DNA from: Bryobacterales bacterium | GTDB lineage: Bacteria; Acidobacteriota; Terriglobia; Bryobacterales; UBA6623 | Assembly (NCBI GenBank): GCA_965248105.1 | Contig: CBDFIK010000005.1 | Coordinates: 120,232 to 184,231, forward strand | Direction of reading: 5' to 3' | DNA: 64,000 nucleotides | Shown here: piece after piece, positions 55,801 to 64,000 of the stretch | Layout of the letters: each line of letters begins with the position of its first letter | Position numbering within the stretch: the stretch's first letter is position 1 | Notes under the pieces: model-generated | Seen by the model: the letters and a program-made list of their open reading frames with translations, nothing else | Databases searched by the model: none | What the model was told of the DNA's origin: nothing | Translations under genes and position numbers: made by a program

Positions 55801-57795
55801 TTGAAGATCGATCTCGTCAAACGCTACGAAATCACGATCCTGACGATCTGCATGATCCTGCTGGCAGCGGCTGCCGGCTGGCTTCTGCTCACTCGCCCCG
55901 CCTATCGCATCGAAGGAGACTTTCTCCAAAGAGAAGATAGGCGCCACGCCGACGCGTGGCTGGCCGAGCAGATGCAGTCGCCGATCGCCGAGCACCGCGC
56001 CCGGGCCTGCCTGGCTCTGGGACGCATCGGCGACGCCGCAACGCTCGATCTGCTGATCTCGGCTGTCAAAGACTCCATTCCAAGAGTACGAGCCGCCGCG
56101 GCGTTCGCCATCGGCGAAATGGAAGACGAAGCAACGCTGGCTGAGTTGGGCCTTGAACCCGAGGGGCGTGCCGCGCAGGCGCTGCTCGAGACGCTCCACG
56201 ATGACGAACGCAAGGTTGTCGCCAACGCCGTCGAGGCCCTAGGAAAGTTGGGCTGGCGGACAGCTCTCGATTCCATTACACGGACTCCCGCGCCCCTCCC
56301 GGTTACGCTCGCGGCCTTGCTCCGCATGAGAGGAGTGGAACTAGCGCCTTGGATCGGAGATTGGATGAAGTCCGACGATCAGGACATTCGCTGGGCGGCC
56401 GCAGTTGCCTTGGCGGAGTTGGGCGTGCCCGTTGACTCGGAAACGACTCGTTCGCTCATCAACCTGACGAGGGACACCAATCCCTTCGTCCGTGCCGCGG
56501 CGGCGCGAGGGCTTGCCGGAGCTGAACCCACGACGGAGATCGTTGATTCCCTGGCCAAGCTGGGTAGTGACCACGACCCGAAGGTGCGGATCGAGGCCAT
56601 GCGATCGATTGGGGAAGTTCAGACAAAGGGGTCTCTAGAAATGCTGGCCGCAGCATTGGGTGACGCCAACGAGAACGTACGCATCGCCGCGGTTGAGGCG
56701 ATGGCAACGCTCGGCGACCACCGAGCCATTTCATTGCTCCAGTCGCTTCGATTCAGGAACTCGCCTGTAGCCTGGGCCGCCGAGCAAACGCTAGCCGTCC
56801 TCACTACCAGCGACGCGCACTTTTTCACGGGATTCAGGAGCGTCCCACCCATCTACAGGAACCCGGCAGGCATGGAAGCATTCGTCCAGGCGCTAGGGAA
56901 ACTGTGTTCGGAGCGCGCCACTGAGTTGCTGGCCGAGTTGTGGGAGAGCGGGGAGGAGCATGTCGAGCCGGTTCGGTCGTTGGTCTTGCACACCTTGGCA
57001 GCACAAGGGATTGCTGATTTGCGGTCGTACCTAGCAGCGGCAGTCGAGGATCCCCATTGGACGGTTCGTCGGACTGCCCTGGAGCTGATGCCGAGCCCCC
57101 GGGTCGAAACCTGCCTTGCCGCCTACCGGCGGGCCATTGCTCCGCCGGCCACCGCCGTTCGTATTGCTGCGTTGGACGCCGCTTCCCGAGCTCTGAGGAG
57201 TCCTGAGCAAAGGAAGTTTTTCCTCGAAGCACTTGCCGACCCCGACCGGCTTGTTCGGATTCGTGCCGCCAAACACTTGCGAATGCTGCACGACGAGGAC
57301 CACCGGGAACAGATCGGCTTGGCACACACACGCCATGCGCGGGAAGACTACCAACGGATCGCACGCACTTTGAACCGGAGGCTCAAGATAGATACCAGCG
57401 ACGGCGTGCTCGACGTGCTTCTCGACTACGAGCACGCTCCACTCACGGCTGAGAACTTCTTCGAACTCGCCCGCCGCGGCTACTTCAACAGGCAGCGGTT
57501 CGTCACCGTAGTTCCGAACCAGTTTGTTAAAGCAGGTGACCCGCGGGGGGGCGGGCAAGGCGGGCCGGGATACACGATCCGATGCGAGGTGAACACCCGA
57601 CCGTTCTTGCGCGGAAGCTTGGGAATGGCCGTGGAAGAGAAAGACTCCGGCGACAGCCAGTTTTTCATCTGCTTGTCGCCGCAACTACTCTTCGACGGGC
57701 GCTACACAAATTTCGGCCGGCTGATATCTGGAGATGACGTGATCGATCGCATCACCAGCGAAACTCGAATTTTAGGGGTGATTGTGTCCGAGTGA
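55801..57795 (+). CDS. HEAT-repeat protein fused to a cyclophilin-type peptidyl-prolyl isomerase
   Basis: N-terminal TM segment, many HEAT/PBS-lyase-like repeats (..RVRAAAAFALGE.. pattern), and a C-terminal cyclophilin domain (APLTAENFFELARRGYFN...GSLGMA...DSQFFI). Confidence 0.8.
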   Translation: MKIDLVKRYEITILTICMILLAAAAGWLLLTRPAYRIEGDFLQREDRRHADAWLAEQMQSPIAEHRARACLALGRIGDAATLDLLISAVKDSIPRVRAAAAFAIGEMEDEATLAELGLEPEGRAAQALLETLHDDERKVVANAVEALGKLGWRTALDSITRTPAPLPVTLAALLRMRGVELAPWIGDWMKSDDQDIRWAAAVALAELGVPVDSETTRSLINLTRDTNPFVRAAAARGLAGAEPTTEIVDSLAKLGSDHDPKVRIEAMRSIGEVQTKGSLEMLAAALGDANENVRIAAVEAMATLGDHRAISLLQSLRFRNSPVAWAAEQTLAVLTTSDAHFFTGFRSVPPIYRNPAGMEAFVQALGKLCSERATELLAELWESGEEHVEPVRSLVLHTLAAQGIADLRSYLAAAVEDPHWTVRRTALELMPSPRVETCLAAYRRAIAPPATAVRIAALDAASRALRSPEQRKFFLEALADPDRLVRIRAAKHLRMLHDEDHREQIGLAHTRHAREDYQRIARTLNRRLKIDTSDGVLDVLLDYEHAPLTAENFFELARRGYFNRQRFVTVVPNQFVKAGDPRGGGQGGPGYTIRCEVNTRPFLRGSLGMAVEEKDSGDSQFFICLSPQLLFDGRYTNFGRLISGDDVIDRITSETRILGVIVSE

Positions 57796-57881
57796 CCGGG
57801 CGGTTGAGACGATGTCAGTACGCTGACGCATCGGGCGATTGCCGGTGAGCACGACAGGGTGTGCCCCAGGAGCTTTCAAGG

Positions 57882-59834
57882 TCACTCCGCAAAGAAATTG
57901 GCTACATCCTGGATCGAGGTAGTGAACGTGTAGTCGGGTAAACTCTGCTGAAAGACTTTTCCGTATGGTCGCTTGAGGATGCGGTTGTCAAGCAGCGCTA
58001 ATACACCTCGGTCCTGGCTGTTGCGAATCAGCCGGCCGAAGCCTTGCTTAAGAGAGATGACGGCCTGTGGGATCTGGTATTCGACAAAGGGGTCTTGGCC
58101 TGCCTGGCGCAGGCTTCTGATTCGAGCCTCGACCACCGGGTCGGACGGCACAGCAAACGGCAGCTTGTCGATAATGACGGAGCTTAGCTGCTCGCCCGGC
58201 ACGTCCACGCCCTGCCAAAAGCTTGCGGTCGCGAACAGCACGCAATGAGGCGTGTTGCGAAACTGATCGAGCAAGGCCGAGTTCGGAGCCGAGCCTTGCA
58301 ACAAGATCGGGTACTCGATGGCAAACGAAACGAACTCGTGAACCGCTCGCATCTGTTGATAGCTAGTGAACAGAACAAAGGCGCGTCCCCCGCTGCTGCG
58401 CAACAGCCGGACGATCTCGTCGGACGCCGCCTTGACGAACTGGTCCGAACGCGGATCGGGCAGCGAGGGAGGAACGTAGAACAGCACCTGCTGTTGAAAA
58501 TCGAAATGGGGTGGGACGACCAGTTCACGGGCCGAGTCGAAGCCGAGACGGCTTCGAATGTAGTCGAACTTGCCCTCGACAGCCAGCGTGGCCGAGGTGA
58601 GAACAATGGTATTGACCTCGTTGAACAGCCGCTCGTTCAGAAGTTCCGACACATCGATAGGAGTAGCCTGCAGGAAGACGCCGCGCCCGCGCCTCTCCAC
58701 CCAATAGACGAACCGCTCGTCATCGCCTTCGATCAGGAACCGTAACTCCTTGTCCAGTTCTGCTACCCGCCGCTCAAGCGGGATGATTTCGTCCGTCTGT
58801 TTCTTGCCGCCTTTCAACTGTGTTCCCAGCATCTCGAGCGCGTTGAGCAGCGGGGTGTATTCATCGCTGTGCTGCTCGGCGAATTTGCTCCGGTCGCGAA
58901 AGCTGGAGCGGCCCTCGCGGCCATCGAAGAGGGTGAAAAACGTGTCCGAGCGATTGCGGAAAGCGTTCAAGGCCCGGTCAAGCGGCTTCGATCCGAACGC
59001 CTTGCGAAAGGCGGCGTCCTGCACATCGCGGGCGAGCTCGCTGAAGCGGTAGTTGCTGACCTGGATACCGAAGTGTTGGCCGGCTACCTCCTCGATCTCG
59101 TGAGCTTCGTCGAAAATCACCGCTTGATAGTCGGGGATAATCGGGGCGTAGTCGCTTTCGCGCAACGCAAGGTCAGCGAAAAACAGGTGGTGGTTGACGA
59201 TGATGATGTCGGCCTCGGCCGCCCGCTGGTGCATGCGAGTAATGAAGCAACGCTCGAACTGCTCGCACTTCTGGCCGGAGCAGAGTTCGCGGCGGGCGTC
59301 GAGCTTGTACCAGAGTTTGCTGTCCTCCGGTAAGGTTTTGAGTTCCGCTCGATCGCCGCTTTGTGTGTGTTTCTCCCAGTCGTGGATGATTCGGAATTCA
59401 TCGATCTCGGCCAACCCATCGAGGATAGGCCGTCCCTCTGCCTCATAAACTTTCTGCCGGCACAAGTAGTTATTGCGCCCTTTCATGTAGGCGACTCTGA
59501 CCGGGCGGCCGATGTGTTTTTGAAGGAACGGAAGGTCTTTGTGGTAGAGCTGCTCCTGGAGATTCTTGGTGCCGGTCGAAATGATGACCCGCTTGCCGCT
59601 CGCAATAACAGGAACCAAGTAGGCGAGCGTCTTTCCGGTTCCCGTCCCTGCTTCGACAATCAGGTGCCGCTGCTCGGAAAGCGCGGCTTCAACCTCTTCG
59701 GCCATGGCGAGTTGGCCGGGCCGAAACTCGTACTGCGGGTGCCGGCGCGACAGCAGCCCATGGCGCGAAAAGAAGTCACGGGCGCGTGTTGGCTCTCGGC
59801 GCGGTTGAGTGCTGGTTTGACTGACTTTGTTCAT
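57882..59834 (-). CDS. dinG: DinG/XPD-family ATP-dependent DNA helicase
   Basis: AGTGTGKTLAYL Walker A, DEAHEIEE box, and a four-Cys cluster region (C..C..C..C around CSGQKCEQFERC) consistent with an Fe-S domain. Confidence 0.85.
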   Translation of the reverse strand: MNKVSQTSTQPRREPTRARDFFSRHGLLSRRHPQYEFRPGQLAMAEEVEAALSEQRHLIVEAGTGTGKTLAYLVPVIASGKRVIISTGTKNLQEQLYHKDLPFLQKHIGRPVRVAYMKGRNNYLCRQKVYEAEGRPILDGLAEIDEFRIIHDWEKHTQSGDRAELKTLPEDSKLWYKLDARRELCSGQKCEQFERCFITRMHQRAAEADIIIVNHHLFFADLALRESDYAPIIPDYQAVIFDEAHEIEEVAGQHFGIQVSNYRFSELARDVQDAAFRKAFGSKPLDRALNAFRNRSDTFFTLFDGREGRSSFRDRSKFAEQHSDEYTPLLNALEMLGTQLKGGKKQTDEIIPLERRVAELDKELRFLIEGDDERFVYWVERRGRGVFLQATPIDVSELLNERLFNEVNTIVLTSATLAVEGKFDYIRSRLGFDSARELVVPPHFDFQQQVLFYVPPSLPDPRSDQFVKAASDEIVRLLRSSGGRAFVLFTSYQQMRAVHEFVSFAIEYPILLQGSAPNSALLDQFRNTPHCVLFATASFWQGVDVPGEQLSSVIIDKLPFAVPSDPVVEARIRSLRQAGQDPFVEYQIPQAVISLKQGFGRLIRNSQDRGVLALLDNRILKRPYGKVFQQSLPDYTFTTSIQDVANFFAE

Positions 59835-59867
59835 GCGGATGTAGTATCGTAAGTTGCTGTATTAAAA

Positions 59868-60200
59868 GGGGCTATTAGAAATTGGCTTTGTTTCGCTGCT
59901 CGGGTTGCTCTGCTACTCCGGTCGTTCACTGATTCGATAGTTCGCTGTTGCCTTGTTGCTGTCCCTCGGGGCCGCCTGCCCCCAGGTCTGGCTCTCCTCG
60001 TATCCCGGTTGAGTGGTCGGTTTGCCGAGCCGGCCGCCCAGCCGCACTGGAAACTAGCCCTAACTCATTGAGTGCAAGCGGGTTCCGCGAAATTGGGTTT
60101 GTTTCGTTCTTTTCTCGCTGGTCGAGCGTGATGCCGGTGTCCATGGCCTCCCCATTCAGGATAGCGAGCCTGTCAAGTGTCCCCCTTGGGCGATGAACGA
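59868..60200 (+). repeat. F3 dispersed repeat, full copy
   Basis: Aligns along its length with 37606-37940 (for example GATAGTTCG, CTCCTCGTATCCC, CAGCCGCACTGGAAAC, CATTGAGTGCAAGCGGGTT, GCGAAATTGGGTTTGTTT, TTTTCTCGCTGGTCGA). Confidence 0.8.
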
Positions 60201-60296
60201 TTGGCTTCGACTCGGGCCGGGAAAAGGGAGTGCCCCTCTTGCGCTATTTGCCCGGGTATCCGGTCAGAAAAACCGCGGGTCTCTGCAGTGGCGCGC

Positions 60297-60560
60297 CTAA
60301 TGCTTCGGTAGTGTGGGATCCTGGAAGCCGTTCCGGTGGCGGTAGGTGAACCAAGCGATGCCGCCGATAATGGCTGCCGGGGGGATCGCCAGCAGAATGA
60401 TCCCGGCGTTGAGGGCGCGAATGGCCTTCATTTGCTGGCTCCCCGCGGCCCTACGGCACATGGCGCACTGAGCCCATAGGGGAGAAGAGACGACAGCCAG
60501 CAGTAGGCCCAATACGAAGAGGCGGGCCAGCCGTTCGGTTGCTCGGAAAAGCCGTAGCAT
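60297..60560 (-). CDS. small membrane protein downstream of the cox genes
   Basis: 87 aa with two hydrophobic segments and a CAMC motif. Co-oriented, 8 nt after the subunit IV gene. Confidence 0.45.
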   Translation of the reverse strand: MLRLFRATERLARLFVLGLLLAVVSSPLWAQCAMCRRAAGSQQMKAIRALNAGIILLAIPPAAIIGGIAWFTYRHRNGFQDPTLPKH

Positions 60561-60567
60561 CGTTTGT

Positions 60568-60876
60568 CTATTTCGTGCCGATCTCGAGGATCAAGAAACT
60601 GTCCGGGAAGAAGTATCCGACCATAATGAGCAGACAAGCCACTAGGGGAGGCACCAGCGTCCAACTCAGGCTGGGCTCGTCGTATCTGAGGTGCATGAAG
60701 TAGGCCATGATCAGGCCCGCTTTGACGATCGAAAGACTCATCAGCACTGTCAGCATGGCTACGGCGCCGAACTGGATGTAGGCCAGCAGGATCTCGATCA
60801 GCGTGATGACCAGCAGCCAAATCCAAACTTTTACGAACATTCTTCCGTGTGATTGCGTCTCCGCTGCGTCACTCAT
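60568..60876 (-). CDS. cytochrome c oxidase subunit IV (prokaryotic COX4 family)
   Basis: 102 aa with three TM segments, directly after subunit III. Confidence 0.7.
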   Translation of the reverse strand: MSDAAETQSHGRMFVKVWIWLLVITLIEILLAYIQFGAVAMLTVLMSLSIVKAGLIMAYFMHLRYDEPSLSWTLVPPLVACLLIMVGYFFPDSFLILEIGTK

Positions 60877-60888
60877 CGCTTCGCTCCG

Positions 60889-61515
60889 TTATGAAACTTT
60901 CGTGGACATCAAATAGACCATGGGGAAGATGAACATCCAGACCAAATCGACAAAGTGCCAATAGAGGCCGCTGACCTCGACGTCCTCTCCGTCGTACTTT
61001 CCTTTGCCGAAACCCCAGGCAACGACGCCTAGGTAAATCACCCCGATCGCGACGTGGGTCATATGGAGTCCGGTCAAAACGAAGAACGTTCCGCCAAAGA
61101 GCGGCGTCCCCCAAGGGTTGCTGAGCGGCGTCACGCCTTCGTGGATCAAGTGCATCCACTCATTCGCGTGCAGGACGATAAAGATGATGCCCCCGAGCAT
61201 CGTCGCCCAAATCCACTTCTTGGCGGCCTGCCGGTCGCCGGCGTGTCCCGCAGCGACACCGAAGACCATCGTCAGGCTGCTTGAGAGCAGCACCAGCGTC
61301 ATCACCGACGAAAAGATAATCGCCGGATAGAAGTCGAACGGCATCGGCCATTCGTTGGCCACGCGCACGTAACTATAGGCAACGATCAGAGCGGCGAAGG
61401 TCAACGCGTCGGAGACGATGAAGAGCCACATCCCCAACTTCTTGTCGCCGACCGCATAGGGCGACGCGCCCCCGTTCCAAGTCGCTTCGCCGGCCGCGCC
61501 GTGAGCTTCTGACAT
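60889..61515 (-). CDS. ctaE: cytochrome c oxidase subunit III
   Basis: 208 aa with a heme-copper oxidase subunit III pattern (..FFVLTGLHMTHVAIG.., ..LYWHFVDLVW..). Confidence 0.85.
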   Translation of the reverse strand: MSEAHGAAGEATWNGGASPYAVGDKKLGMWLFIVSDALTFAALIVAYSYVRVANEWPMPFDFYPAIIFSSVMTLVLLSSSLTMVFGVAAGHAGDRQAAKKWIWATMLGGIIFIVLHANEWMHLIHEGVTPLSNPWGTPLFGGTFFVLTGLHMTHVAIGVIYLGVVAWGFGKGKYDGEDVEVSGLYWHFVDLVWMFIFPMVYLMSTKVS

Positions 61516-61521
61516 GTGCAG

Positions 61522-62211
61522 CTACCTCCCCACCAAGATCAAAGCAAACAAGTAGATCCAAAGGCCGTCCATCAGGTGCCAGTAAAGGGCCGCGCCTTCG
61601 ACGGCGGCTTCACGGGTGGCCCAGATCCGAGAACGCCAAACGCGCCAGACCACGTAGGTCATGGCCATCAGGCCGCCCAACAAGTGCACCCCGTGCGCTG
61701 CGGTGAGCAAGTAATAAAACGAGCTGCTGGGATTCGAACTCACGTAGACTCCCTGCGAGGAAAGCTCGCTCCAGCCTGCGTACTGCGCAGCTAGAAAAGC
61801 CGCCCCCAGCAACGCCGTCGCCCCCAGCCAGTGCCGCAAACCCCTCTCCAGACCAGCCCGCATCGCTCTCCTGGCCTTTTCGACGGTCACGCTACTGGCA
61901 AGCAGTATCAGCGTGCTGAGCCAGAGGATCCCAGGTAACTCGAAGGCTTTCCAGTCGTCGCCCAAGCCCTTGCGCACTACAAGGGCACTCGTAAAAGCAG
62001 CGAAAATCATCACAATCCCGCCGAAGCCGATCCAAATGCCGAGTTTATAACGCTGAACTGCGAGCACGCCGGGATCGGGTTGACCCGGTTCCCCGCCGCC
62101 ACCGCCGTTCTGGGGGGGGAGGTCGCCGAATCCGCCCCCTCCGATCGACGGGCGCTTTTGTTCCCTCTCGATCGCCGGCTCGGATTTTGGCGGCAGGACA
62201 GTGCTGGCCAT
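61522..62211 (-). CDS. cytochrome c oxidase subunit III-like protein (second copy)
   Basis: The ATG at 62211 lies 1 nt after the subunit I stop. ..YLLTAAHGVHLLGG.. and ..LYWHLMDGLW.. are subunit III hallmarks. The N-terminal region is Gly/Pro-rich. Confidence 0.7.
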   Translation of the reverse strand: MASTVLPPKSEPAIEREQKRPSIGGGGFGDLPPQNGGGGGEPGQPDPGVLAVQRYKLGIWIGFGGIVMIFAAFTSALVVRKGLGDDWKAFELPGILWLSTLILLASSVTVEKARRAMRAGLERGLRHWLGATALLGAAFLAAQYAGWSELSSQGVYVSSNPSSSFYYLLTAAHGVHLLGGLMAMTYVVWRVWRSRIWATREAAVEGAALYWHLMDGLWIYLFALILVGR

Positions 62212-62212
62212 A

Positions 62213-64000
62213 CTAGTCGCCCGACGGTTTTTCGAACGCCATCTCGTCGGAGTTGCACTGCATGATGAAGTCTCGCTTGGCGCCCGGAACGGCGAACTCG
62301 TAGGGCCCGCGATACACCGTCGGAATCTTGCCTTCAAAGTTGTCATGCGGCGGGGGCGTGGGGACCGCCCACTCGAGCGTTGTCGCTTCCCAGGGGTTTT
62401 GCTCCGTGGTTTTCTTGCCTCTGAAGAGACTCCAGATCGCGTTGAACAACCAGAGAAACTGCGCCGTAGCGGTGATCATCGCGGCGATCGTAATAAAGTA
62501 ATGGATCTCGGCCGCGCCCGAGCTCTGGAGATAGTCCACCCCGGTTAGCTCGGCGTAGCGGCGCGGATGGGCGAGTACGCCCAGATAGTGCATGGGGCTG
62601 AAAATCGCGTACACCCCAATGAAGGTAATCCAGAAGTGGACCTTGCCCATCCCCTCGCTCATCATGCGGCCGAACATTTTGGGGAACCAGAAACTCACTC
62701 CCGCAAACATCCCGAAAATAGCCGCCACCCCCATGACCATGTGGAAGTGAGCTACCACGAAGTACGTATCGTGGAAGTAGAGATCCACCGTAGGCTGGCC
62801 CAGAAAGATCCCGCTGATGCCGCCGGTGACGAAAAGGGAGACGAACCCGATGGAGTAAAGCATCGGCGTCGTGAAACGAATCTTCGCCCCCCACAACGTT
62901 CCGATCCAGTTGAAAGTCTTGATCGCCGAGGGCACGCCAATGACCATCGTCAATATAGAAAAGACGAACGCCGAATAAGGGCTCATCCCGCTGATGAACA
63001 TGTGATGACCCCAGACAGCAAATCCTAGGATTCCAATCCCGCAAAGCGCATAAACCATCGCCCGGTAGCCGAAGACCGCTTTGCGGGCGAAGGTCGAGAG
63101 GATGTGTGAGGTCACACCCATGCCGGGCAGGATGGCGATATAGACCTCCGGATGGCCGAAGAACCAGAACAGATGCTGCCACAAGATCGGCGAACCGCCG
63201 GTGTGATCTATAATCTGGTCGCTGACGATCAGCCCACCGGGTATGAAGAAGCTCGTGCCCACCAAGCGGTCCATCAGCAGCAAGACACCGGCGGAAAGCA
63301 GCACGCCGAACGCCAGCAAACCCAAAACGGCGGTGACAAACCAAGCCCAGACGGTCAGCGGAAGCCGCATCATGGTCAGCCCTTTCGACCGCAAATGCAG
63401 CGTCGTGACGATAAAGTTCAAGGCGCCGAGCAGGGAGCCGATACAGAAAAGCGCAATGCTGAGGATCCAGAAATCCTGTCCGTGGCCGCCGAGTTGCGCC
63501 GACGGGATGGCGCTCAAGGGCGGGTAGGCGGTCCAGCCCGAAATCGGTGCGCCTCCTTCGACGAAAAAGGCTGTCACCAAAGCGAGGAATGAAAGGAAAA
63601 TGGTCCAGAAGGAGAGCATGTTCAGTCGGGGGAAGGCCATGTCGGCCGCCCCGATCTGAATCGGAAGCACGTAATTCCCAAAGCCCCCCTGGGGCGCCGT
63701 CGTCAGAACCATGAAGACCATGATCGTTCCATGCATGGTGAGCATGGCCAAGTAAAACTCCGGGGTCATCACGCCGTCGGGCGCTCCTTCGGGAAACAAG
63801 CTGCCAAGCAACGCAAAAGATTTCTCGGGCCAAACCAGACGTAGGCGCACCAGCAAACTCAGGCCCATGCCCAAGAAGACGGCCACAATGGCCAGCAGGA
63901 TGTACTGGATGCCGATGACCTTATGGTCGAGGCTGAAGATGTATTTCCAAACGAAGCCCTTCGCCTCAGGGTGCCGATGAACTTCGACATGCTCCGCGAC
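62213..64000 (-). CDS. ctaD: cytochrome c oxidase subunit I (5' end beyond the right window edge)
   Basis: WFFGHPEVYI and other heme-copper subunit I motifs. Hand translation of 64000-63887 (..KYIFSLDHKVIGIQYILLAIVAVFLG) is in frame, so the gene continues past the edge. Confidence 0.95.
   Translation of the reverse strand, partial: VAEHVEVHRHPEAKGFVWKYIFSLDHKVIGIQYILLAIVAVFLGMGLSLLVRLRLVWPEKSFALLGSLFPEGAPDGVMTPEFYLAMLTMHGTIMVFMVLTTAPQGGFGNYVLPIQIGAADMAFPRLNMLSFWTIFLSFLALVTAFFVEGGAPISGWTAYPPLSAIPSAQLGGHGQDFWILSIALFCIGSLLGALNFIVTTLHLRSKGLTMMRLPLTVWAWFVTAVLGLLAFGVLLSAGVLLLMDRLVGTSFFIPGGLIVSDQIIDHTGGSPILWQHLFWFFGHPEVYIAILPGMGVTSHILSTFARKAVFGYRAMVYALCGIGILGFAVWGHHMFISGMSPYSAFVFSILTMVIGVPSAIKTFNWIGTLWGAKIRFTTPMLYSIGFVSLFVTGGISGIFLGQPTVDLYFHDTYFVVAHFHMVMGVAAIFGMFAGVSFWFPKMFGRMMSEGMGKVHFWITFIGVYAIFSPMHYLGVLAHPRRYAELTGVDYLQSSGAAEIHYFITIAAMITATAQFLWLFNAIWSLFRGKKTTEQNPWEATTLEWAVPTPPPHDNFEGKIPTVYRGPYEFAVPGAKRDFIMQCNSDEMAFEKPSGD

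Noticed and set aside
60150-60175. TTGACA-N7-TATCCT on the minus strand of the F3 tail (also at 30.33 kb), considered as a promoter
   Set aside because: A 7-nt spacer is incompatible with a sigma-70 -35/-10 pair, and the motif is not conserved in the 37.9-kb copy.
62343-63833. A 496-aa minus-strand ORF, together with many other long off-frame or antisense ORFs (for example 23629-24288, 26426-27271, 28882-29463, 31105-31746, 39871-40494, 57031-57684)
   Set aside because: Each lies entirely inside a gene with strong family motifs in another frame. Their Arg/Pro/Gly-rich composition is typical of shadow frames in high-GC DNA.

Overview
High-GC bacterial chromosomal window. The gene content (a PSCyt1/DUF1549/DUF1553 + DUF1501 pair, DUF3467, an OPT transporter, many GC-rich palindromic repeats) looks Acidobacteriota- or Planctomycetota-like, but that placement is only an inference. 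Layout: (1) 1-14.2 kb is a single-strand phage head-tail structural cluster: small-terminase-like, TerL, portal, scaffold, P22-type coat, tail tube, G/GT chaperones with an A_AAA_AAC -1 slippery site, a tape-measure-like gene and DUF2460-like tail genes. It continues past the left edge. An IS21-family element (istAB) has split the tape-measure-like gene. (2) 15.4-40.6 kb is mostly housekeeping: comM, plsC, a Tat-signal small ORF + amidase, ROK glucokinase, a decayed REC/histidine-kinase gene, a MoxR-like AAA_5 ATPase overlapping an uncharacterised 638-aa ORF, a PSCyt/DUF1501 pair, an IS3 remnant, ridA, ribH-nusB, DUF3467, OPT, RNase P RNA, a TlpA-like redoxin and a DEAD-box helicase. (3) 40.9-48.2 kb has two near-identical IS6-family copies in inverted orientation around 5.65 kb carrying miaB and trpS, with an 8-bp flank signature of an IS-mediated inversion. 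(4) 48.2-64 kb has an epimerase, an MtrA/PioA-like decaheme cytochrome + MtrB/PioB-like outer-membrane barrel, DUF72, BI-1, a phosphoesterase, a HEAT-cyclophilin fusion, dinG and a cytochrome c oxidase operon that runs off the right edge. At least five families of dispersed non-coding repeats fill the intergenic space. No CRISPR array, tRNA or rRNA was found. Many long ORFs in the track are antisense or off-frame shadows typical of high-GC DNA and were not called.
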